DNA of 64,000 bases from Octopus vulgaris (Eukaryota), in assembly GCA_951406725.2 (NCBI GenBank), contig OX597814.1, forward strand, positions 215,202,001 through 215,266,000. The letters are read 5' to 3'. Made by a program: the position numbers and the translations under genes. This document shows positions 54,441 through 64,000 of this stretch, in pieces; the first letter of the stretch is position 1; every line of letters starts with the position of its first letter. The notes under the pieces are model-generated. The model ran no database searches. It was given only the letters and a program-made list of their open reading frames with translations, and was not told the origin of the DNA.

Positions 54441-55037
54441 CTTTTATTATCAACTTTGACATCTGTAAACTTTACAAACGCCGAACTTCAGTCATCGGAA
54501 GTTAAACAGGGACATTTTTTATTTTCTTGTAATTTTAAACCCGGACAATAAAACCAAACCTTAAATATAAGGCAAAGAAAAGAAAAAAAAAAAAAAAAAA
54601 ACGAAGCCGGATTTTGAAATTAGCCCCCCCCCAAAAAAAAAAAGAAAAGAAAAAGTTAAAAAGTAACAGAAGAAACGAAAAAAAAAAAAAAACCAAAACA
54701 ACACAACAAACCAAAAAACATAGTTTCTCTCATCCACTAGAAGTGTTTATCAGTAATTTCATAGTTTCGAAAAACCACCGTATCACCGTTTCCTCTAATA
54801 AACGGGCGCAAAAAACATTCTCGGGTTTTCGGGTTACGCATGTGCTTTTGTTCGCCCCCTGTCGTCGCCGTTATTGTTATAGTTGAAGTTTTTCTCTTGT
54901 TTTCATCGTGAAAACAAGTTTACGAACATTGTTAAACGACCCTAACACTTTCTGTTTTTGTTTTTGGAGTACCACTTTATCTACAGAAAAGTTTTTAAAA
55001 AACCCAAAACATTTGAACAGTACAAGTAAATCTATCA

Positions 55038-55109
<72 letters not shown>

Positions 55110-55187
55110 GTCTGTCTGTCTATCTGTTTGCTTCTGTCTCCCTGTATAGATATATAGATTGATAGATATACATACACATATTTAAGG

Positions 55188-55249
55188 ATGCATCGCGGTG
55201 AAAAATATGAACTGTCTCCATCCGATTCTGGTCCGGCACCAAGTCAAAG
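55188..55249 (+). CDS. Candidate short host coding exon (MHRGEKYELSPSDSGPAPSQ)
   Basis: Unique-looking sequence, ATG in AAGGATG context, open frame ending at an AG|GTAAAT donor; pyrimidine tract and AG upstream. No homology recognised. Confidence 0.25.
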
Positions 55250-55301
55250 GTAAATGATACGAGTTCTTGCAGTTTTCTTTTATAAGACTAGAATTAATAA
55301 C

Positions 55302-55347
<46 letters not shown>

Positions 55348-55490
55348 GTGATAGAAAGAAAATATAAAACGCTGCTTATTTTTTTCATGTCTGAGATAAT
55401 CGATGACCACTTTCCATTTTCTAATTTCCGAGTATTTGTTGGCGATTGATAATCGAGCATAACACATTCATTCACACGCATACACACATA

Positions 55491-55521
<31 letters not shown>

Positions 55522-55722
55522 CGCACATTTCATCTATCCACGTGCAGGCACATGCATTAAGTACACAGTTCACCTCACCTAAATATCAGAAATGAAAAAA
55601 AAAAAGCAACACACACTATCGCACACATATATATGTATGTATGTATGTATGTATGCATGTGTGTATGTATAGTTAATATAAGTGTGTGTGCGCGTATGCA
55701 TGTATGTGTGTGTATGCATACA

Positions 55723-55771
<49 letters not shown>

Positions 55772-55787
55772 ATGTATTTATATATAC

Positions 55788-56013
<226 letters not shown>

Positions 56014-56539
56014 TCATATGCACACACACTTGTAATCCGACATAAATGCAAGTATTTACATGCATATTTAAAAGCAGATGTGGTTCCATATGAACGCAGA
56101 GAGTGGAGGAAAGCGAGAGAAAGAGAGTGAGAGAGAGAATGGGAGAGTGAGAGAGAGAGGTAGGGAGGGAGGGAGGGAGGGATGGAGAGAGTGCGAACGA
56201 GATGATTGTAAGGAAGAGGGTGGAAAGAGAAAGGCGTGCGCATTGTACGATCCGATGCGGGTTTTCGCAATCAGCTGTTTCACTGATCTATTATTTAAAC
56301 GTTTACCGCCACTGCCATAAAGCAATTAAGTTAGACGCTAGCTTGGGATGAGCAACGTCCTTATAGGTCGGATACGGCTCTACATCTATAGATGGAAGTG
56401 GTGGATGAGTAGTTAAGAAGATCGATTTGCATCCACATGATCACGGGTTCAATTTCAATACGTGAGAAATTAATTTTTCTGATACCTTTGGGTTGACTAA
56501 TATTCGCGATTTGTAAATGAAATTTCTCGACAGAAATTG

Positions 56540-56855
56540 GGCACTACTTAAAGAAGAGTGGTCCCGGTGCTCGCACTCGCGTACTCGCGCATCCGCGCTA
56601 GCTAGTCGTGACTAGTCGATCCTTACTTTGTGTTTTTGTTTTATTTACTTTGTTTAAAAAAATTATTTACTTTGTGTTTTTGTGTTTTATTTACTTTATT
56701 TTAAAAATTATTTGCTTTGTGTAAAAAAATTATTTATTTTAAGTTTTATTTACTTTGCTAGTTCGTCGTTGTACGATCGACTAGTCACGACTAGCTAGCG
56801 CGGATGCACGAGTACGCGAGTGCGCGCACCGGGACCACTCTTCTTAAGTAGTACC
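56540..56855. mobile_element. MITE with ~85-bp GC-rich TIRs (Merlin- or MULE-like)
   Basis: TIR GG(C/T)ACTACTTAA(A)GAAGAGTGGTCCCGGTGC...; 9-bp TSD CAGAAATTG (56531-39) and CTGAAATTG (56856-64); inserted in an old SINE. Confidence 0.8.
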
Positions 56856-56938
56856 CTGAAATTGTACGCAGACACGACATGAGTACATGTGCCTGTGTGT
56901 GTGTATGTGTGTATGTGTGTGTGAGTAAGAGTGTGTGT

Positions 56939-56981
<43 letters not shown>

Positions 56982-57880
56982 GATGTGTGCGTGTGTGTGT
57001 GTGTGTTCATTCCTTGTTTGTGTGTACTGGTGCAAATCAGAATAAATACTTTGTGGTACTTCTAAGTACAATCTACTGTAAAAAAAAAGACAAAATCTAC
57101 GAAGGGAGGTAACCCTTATAAATATAGGCATTCGATGAAATGTCTGCTATTCATTTTATCAATCATTATCAATCATTAAGGACGAAAGTCAATATAATTG
57201 AATACTGTTGAAGGCCGTGTTCCCAAAGGAACGTTTCGCCGTCTGACTGCAAGCCATTTTTTATGTAATGTATAGTCCGTTTTTCCCCAGCTTATTCACC
57301 TAAAGACCATTCTCAACCAGTTTTGAAGCATCTTCATTAAGCTAAGAGCCCGTTTATATACCACTTTCATTCAGCCTATAGACTATTATCTATGGTAGGC
57401 TTCAGGATAGTTTCCGTCTTTAAAATTTTACCCAGAGTGTATTCATCAGTTTCTCAACTGACAACAGTTGAAAAACTCTTTCTCAGTGTTCTACTCAGTA
57501 GACCCGAAGCCGGAACCACATCTTTGCTAAGCGACCTTCTTAATGACATGCTTGCATTTACTTGTAATCACCCCCCCCCATCATCCCCCACTCCACTGCT
57601 TCTCTAGTAAAAAGGGATTTAGGAAATTTGTAGTTCTATTTACAGTAATTCTAGGTTCTGGAGAAATATTTAGGTTGTAATTCCATACCTTAAGATAATT
57701 TTTAGAAAAGATTTATGATATTTGCTCACACCCTCTCTCTCTCTCTTTCTATCTCCCTCCCTCCTGCTCTCTAAACAATAGCTACCGGTGGTTGTTATAA
57801 ATATTTAAATATATCACATCCCTTAATAATTTTGTTAACAAAGCGTTTATTAGTAGTGCCTGGCAAAAAAAAAAAAAAAT

Positions 57881-58234
57881 CGTGGCTGTGTGGTCAGTAG
57901 CTTGCTTACCAACCACATGGTTCCGGGTTCAGTCCTACTGCTATAGCCCTGGGCCGACCAATGCCTTGTGAGTGGATTTGGTAGACGGAAACTGAAAGAA
58001 GCCCGTCGTATATATGTATATATATATATTCGTGTGTGTGTTTGTCCCCCTAGCATTGCTTGACAGCCGATGCTGGTGTGTTTATGTCCCCGTCACTTAG
58101 CAGTTCGGCAAAAGAGACCGATAGAATAAGTACTGGGCTTACAAAAAGAATAAGTCCCGGGGTCGATTTGCTCGACTAAAGGCGGTGCTCCAGCATGGCC
58201 ACAGTCAAATGACTGAAACAAGTAAGTAAAGAGT
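57881..58234 (+). mobile_element. SINE family A
   Basis: Family A with a small deletion in the head. Confidence 0.9.
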
Positions 58235-59125
58235 GCTTGCACGACTATTGTGTAGTATATAAAGAGCTATGAAGAACTTGCAAAAAGGAAGTTTCTACTT
58301 TCAGAAGGAATTTTTGTCATTCTGTTGATGCGCAGCCGTCATGAATAAGTAGAGATTAGGAAGTTTATTACTTGTAAAGTTTCTGAGGGTGCGGTGTTTA
58401 TGAGTATAACCATTGTAGTGTTATGTGTTATTTTAACATATGTAAAGAATGCGTTTTGGTTAGAAAAGAATTACATATCTGCTAAATGACATCTGTTTTT
58501 TTATCTTTTACGAGTTTCACTCATCAGGCTGCGGCCATGGTGGGGCACCGCTTTGAGGAATTTTATCCTGAGCCGCTCCAATGTCCAATATCCCTACCGT
58601 ATCACACACAGAATCCCGCACTCAGTTCTTTGCTGGAATGATCTTCCTCTCAGCTTACATTTTGTCGATATATATCAACACTTAGAAGTCTATGTTAAAC
58701 ACCAATCCTATCTTACCTAAAACACTTTCTCTTGGAGAATGTAATTATAAAAAAAACATCGAAGCATTGAATAGACTCCGTCATTCTATCACTCTACTAC
58801 AACTACTACTACTACTACTACTATAATTTCTGTTCCTTTGAAGTGGTAAATTGTGTACCACCCTCACTAGGATCCACTCGATGAACTAGCCTCTTTTGTT
58901 GCTAAACTTACTCTCCGGACTATCCTGAGCACTTCTTTGGAGAATGCCATTCCTCTAAATGTTTCCTGCCAGTTTACATTTCACAGACAGACCACTTCTT
59001 GAAGTAGTCCAATTCGAATATCAACCATTTCTGACTAACTACTGATAGCAATGAGAATTTGACTACAAATATAAAATGAAAATTAAGAACAACACTAGAT
59101 GCTTTATAAGTAAAGAGATAGGAGT

Positions 59126-59162
<37 letters not shown>

Positions 59163-60399
59163 TGTGGTGTGTGTGTGTGTGTGTGTGCGTGCGTGCGTGT
59201 GTGTGTGTTGTGAAGTGGATTACATATATATATCGGAATAAAGGGGAAAAAGTAGTCAGAACGTGTATTGAAATTTGTTTAAACTGGTGTTGCTCCAATT
59301 TGCAACAACAAACATTAAGTAATTATAAACCTCCCATTTAGCTATAATACCCATCATTAGCAAAATTTTATATTTTCCTACTGATTATTCCTTGAGCGAA
59401 AATATCGTTTTCAAATAGACAAATTGCATCGTAATTGCGTTCTTTAATATTTCAGAGACAAAGGCATAGCAAATATTTTTGCTTCTTAACATCTACAATT
59501 CCAAGACTGATCGGCAGCATAGAGAACTTTTAGTTTACATAATTTTTACCTCAAACCGTCAATAAAATCTCGAGTCACCACAGGGAAGCAACATCGAACG
59601 TTGTTATAATTTATATAACTTCTTATTTAATAAACTTTTTGACGTTTAGCTACAAATTAGATCTTTATATCAGGTATTTACGATTGAATATGTTCTTGTT
59701 AGAAGTAATTACACTTGGTTGATAAACTCATTTACTCGTTAAACAATGATTACAACCTCTGGGTAACACACTAGTTAACTGTGTCTAATGTAGGCACAAA
59801 ACCAGAAATTTGAAAGTGAGGAATGTAGTCAATTATATCGCCTCCAGTTCTTATCTGATATTTTTTGGTATTTAACCAATTTTAGCTGTATTTGAATTTA
59901 GAATGTAAAGATCCGAAAGAAATACTGCTAGGCATTTTGTCCGACACTCTAACGATTCAACCTATGTACCAACCTCATTATATAAGTTAATACAGAGTGG
60001 TATGGTGCTTTATCTTTCATTGATTTTTTTTTTTGCCAAAAATCTAGCAAGTTAGCTGATTTTATATTATATAGTGAATTAATATTTTGAGTTCAAATTC
60101 TAACAGCAGAGTCAATTATCCACCTTGTTGAAAGATGAACTGGAAAGACTGATAAAGCATAAATGTTCGTCTCTTTAAGTTCCGAGTTCCAGTTCCATGC
60201 TAGTTGATTTCACTTTTCTTTCATCAGTGAGTAAGGTGAGAAAATAAATATCAGTCGTTCGTTTTTTAAATTATTGTCTTGCACTAGGTCAGCTCTGATT
60301 GCGCAGACTTAAATCAAAAGCCTTTCGGCTGTCATCATCTCGTCTTTATGAAAATATTTGGAGCTTCATAATTTCAATGTCTTTCCCATTTTTCTTTCC

Positions 60400-60796
60400 T
60401 CTCTAGTTTCAGCTCAGAGCTGCGGCCATGCTGATGCACCGCCGTTTTGCTACACTGTTATTACTAAGAGCCTCCTCTAATATGTGGCATTTAGTGAAGC
60501 ATGGAGTTTGATATAGCTACCCTCATTTGCACCTCTTGCCGTGAGGTAGGTTCATCTGGGACTCTCGACAGGTAGAAGTCCAGCTTTGATTTAAAAACCG
60601 CTACATCTACTTTGTGCGAGTTCCTCCGACTCTTTGGGAGAATATTAAAAAGCTGTGGGCCCTTGAAACCCAGGCTGTTGCAGTAACTGGTCTTGAAGTG
60701 TGATGGCATTACCGGGATCTTTGGCACTATGCAGTGTCGTCCCGTTCTGGCATTGGTGTAGCTTTCAATGCCAAAATTTAGCACAATTCCTTCCAT
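60400..60796 (-). pseudogene. CR1/L2-like LINE 3' end: ORF2 C-terminus plus 3' UTR
   Basis: RTGRHC...NSLGFKGPQLFNILP...FKSKLDFYLSRVPDEP, followed by GGCGGTGCATCAGCATGGCCGCAGCTCTGAGCTGAAAC. Confidence 0.8.
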
Positions 60797-61593
60797 ATTT
60801 AAAAACAGTGAGATTTAGCACCTGTTTCTAGCAGGTCAAGTGACCACTACATCTCGTTGGTTCGAGAAAATACGATTAAAGTAGTAAGGTCGATCCAATA
60901 AACTGTCTCCTTCTGCAAATTTCTATTCTTGTTTCTATGTTGCAAAATTATTCCTCTCATCATAAGAGATAGAATAAATTCATTGAAGCAAAGTCTTAGA
61001 TTCAAACAACTGGAATTCCTTCTCAATAAAACAAGTATTAGTCCTAGCCGAAAATAAAGTTATTTCTTGAGAATTTTATTAATTTTCCCCATTCCAAAAA
61101 GTTTTTAGCATCAGAGCAAAATAAGTTTAAGCTGTCAACCATATATATTCCGCCTTCTCATGCTATTTTCACTGTCATTTATTCGCCTTTATAAATAAAT
61201 ATTACTGACCTGGTAGAGTTGTTAGAATATGGAATTATTGCACAAATGGTTCCAAAGTTTCGTATTCGTTTATAGTGCTATAAATGGAAACAAGTATAGT
61301 GAGTTGTAAAACTCAATACAGTAAGAACAGAAAGTATGCGTATTACACAGACTTCAACATATATTTACATACAAGTTCACTACTTCATATCACAGGAACA
61401 CAGTTTTGAAATCGTGCTCATGTAATGCAATAACCCTACCTTATTCATAGATAATATATCAAATTTTTCTTCAACAGCATTGGAAAATCAGATTATTTAT
61501 GCAATTTTTCGACATAATGATTAAAGATTTACCCATTTCTACGAATTGCGACTTGACACTCCGATAAATTATCCTTATCAGAATGTTCTTTAC

Positions 61594-61651
<58 letters not shown>

Positions 61652-61663
61652 GCATACACACGC

Positions 61664-61715
<52 letters not shown>

Positions 61716-61804
61716 TATTTAAGTATATATATATATATATATATATATTATATGAGTGTATATGTGTATATGTGTGTGTGTGTATTATATATTATTATAT
61801 ACGT

Positions 61805-61861
<57 letters not shown>

Positions 61862-62180
61862 TATGAATATGTATATTTATAAAACCATATATTAAATATA
61901 AATCATTTAAGAGTCGGTTGTGCGACATTTCATTTATTCGACTCCAAATTACAAGACCCTCTCACCCCAAATAGTACATTCTACTTGCTAGCGGTGATCA
62001 TTCAATGTTGCCTTGTGGCTAACCATTTCACTTCGCAACCGCATCGTTCCATGTTCAAGAGTAAGAAAAGACTGATTTCTAAATTAGCTTCATGTCTGAC
62101 AAACATCTGTGTAAAATTTGGTGGATGGAAACTATGCCGAAGCCCGTCACGCGCGTATATATGTATGTACGTAGATACAT

Positions 62181-62217
<37 letters not shown>

Positions 62218-62524
62218 AATATACATACACTCACATATATTTGCGTGTGTATATCGGCATGGAGCAAACAAAATCGGTGCGGCGGACAAAAATACTTTGC
62301 AGTATCTAGTTACAACCTCGTTATCCGTCTTTGTATCATTGGATTGCATTTCACATCTTCAGTAAAACAGTATTAGACAAATTACTAGAATTGATATAAT
62401 CAACTAAAACTCTTCCAAGCATTGCTCCAGTATGACCACACTGAAATGACTGAAACCCTTAAAAGAATAACAGAACAGACTATATATATATATATATATC
62501 TTAATAGTAATAGTATGACAACAG

Positions 62525-62585
62525 AATAACTGAAGAGATGCCGGAGCAGATTTCTGCCCCGACATCCGAAACTCGGAGTTTTATT
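62525..62585 (+). ncRNA. Type I hammerhead-like motif in a (TA)n-bounded element
   Basis: Stem I AATAA/TTATT; CTGAAGA (62530-36); long stem II GATG.CGG.GCAG/CTGC.CCG.CATC; one extra C before GAAA (62568-71); stem III CTC-G-GAG; GUU. Confidence 0.7.
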
Positions 62586-62620
62586 ATGGCAACCGAATAA
62601 TTGTCACATATCATTTTACA

Positions 62621-62656
<36 letters not shown>

Positions 62657-62657
<1 letters not shown>

Positions 62658-63023
62658 CATTATATAAAAGGGCTTAGTAAAATAAATTAATTTGCCGCAT
62701 ACTGAACTTATTAGAAATAGCAGCTAAAAATCTTTTTTTAAAACTATTTCTAATACTTAAAGAAAATCTCTCTCATATAGTGTTTGCTTAACTCAACTCA
62801 CGAAAGTTTGGGGGTAAAGACATCAAAAAATCAAATGCAAAGGTTTTTGATTTTTTGATGTCTTTACCCCCAAACTTTCGTGAGTTGAGTTAAGCAAACA
62901 CTATATGAGAGAGATTTTCTTTAAGTATTAGAAATAGTTTTAAAAAAGTTTTTTAGCTGCTATTTCTAATAAGTTCAGTATGCGGCAAAGTAATTTATTT
63001 TACTAAGCCCTTTTATATAATGT
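62657..63023. repeat. Fold-back element, ~179-bp near-perfect arms and 10-nt loop
   Basis: Arms 62657-62835 and 62846-63023 with only 2-3 differences; followed by a unique tail to ~63120 and (TA)n. Confidence 0.92.
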
Positions 63024-63144
63024 AATAATTTGAATTCGCCTTAAATGGTCCCTTTGCATACTGAACACTTGGTGAAATTGATTAATAATTAATTAATTTT
63101 ACCCTCAATTGTTGAAATTATATATATATATATATATATATATT

Positions 63145-63440
63145 TAAGTTAGTTATGGCCGGTCTATAGATCTACCCTGGGTTTCACGTCCATAAAGGAC
63201 TCAGCTTCACGAGGTTTATTCAGACCCTAATGGCCGGCGGCCCATAACCGCTCTTCAAAGTGGATGGAGGTTATTGGTCATCGGCGATTAGGGTCCGTAG
63301 AAACGCCGTAAAGCTAAGTGCTTTATGGATGCGAAGTCCAGAGTTACCACATAGGCCGGCCATAATTATCTTTACCTATTTCCTTTACTGCGCTATAACT
63401 TAGGGAATGTGCTTTTCTTTCGGATTTATGATTTACTGAC
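63145..63440 (+). other. GC-rich rod-like hairpin (~215 nt) plus tail between (TA)n and (TG)n
   Basis: Continuous imperfect self-complementarity 63150-63367 (e.g. TTATGGCCGG/CCGGCCATAA, TCCATAAAG/CTTTATGGA, GACCCTAAT/ATTAGGGTC, ATAACC/GGTTAT). Confidence 0.85.
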
Positions 63441-63441
63441 G

Positions 63442-63482
<41 letters not shown>

Positions 63483-63599
63483 GTAGATCTTCCGGACATT
63501 ATTGTTTCGATCCTAGGATTCGTAGGACTGGTTATTTGATTTCTATGGCGAATAAGTCACCGGGATCGCAATAAGCCCTGAACGGAATGCAAGCTCGAT

Positions 63600-63736
63600 C
63601 CAGGGTTACTATTTTTTAGCAGAGTGGTTTGGAGCAACGTGAAATGATTTTTTACTCAAGGACACCATACGCCATTGGAAATGCCACGATTGCAATCTCC
63701 TGATTGTAACACCCCTAACCACTAGGCCACACACCT
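63600..63736 (-). mobile_element. Old tRNA-derived SINE fragment
   Basis: Minus strand GTGTGGCCTAGTGGTTAGGGG A box and a GTGTCCTTGAG CORE-like motif. Confidence 0.5.
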
Positions 63737-64000
63737 TTGCATCAGAAGTATGTAGGTAAATTATCATTCGGCTTTTATTGATCATCGCAAACGGTTATTG
63801 TAGCGTGATGTAGGAAAATTAGCATTTCGTATGAGACTTCTCATGTATCACCAAATATATTTATTCTAGCAAACACAGTTTAACGAAGAATTCTTTTCTC
63901 TCCATTCTCATAGATTGCTTCTCTGCAGAACTACTATTATAAAATGTTTACGTTGCAAATATTTACAAAGTTTTGTGTTTAACAACACACAGCCGCTTTA

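Overview
AT-rich, microsatellite-saturated eukaryotic DNA with no confidently identifiable host gene. The repeat content (tRNA-derived SINE families, huge (TA)n/(TACA)n/(GATA)n tracts) looks like an octopus/coleoid cephalopod genome; this is inferred from recalled repeat families, not from a search. Most long ORFs in the track are microsatellite translation artefacts. The real coding remnants are transposon-derived: Penelope-like elements (PLE; RT and GIY-YIG), an RTE LINE, an R4/Dong-like RT, CR1/L2-like LINE ends and a mariner transposase. Non-autonomous Helitrons, two MITEs and about 20 SINE copies are also present. The most notable signal is a set of short non-coding elements sitting in (TA)n tracts. 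They combine long fold-back hairpins with minimal type-I hammerhead ribozyme (HHR) motifs, and one canonical HHR lies downstream of a PLE GIY-YIG ORF, suggesting a PLE-driven, retrozyme-like hairpin-RNA system. Also notable: a full-length 5S rRNA fused to a LINE 3' tail (SINE3-like), a TSD-flanked 5' U2 snRNA fragment inside a PLE, and a TSD-flanked dimeric SINE. Coordinates were read by eye and may be off by a few bases.
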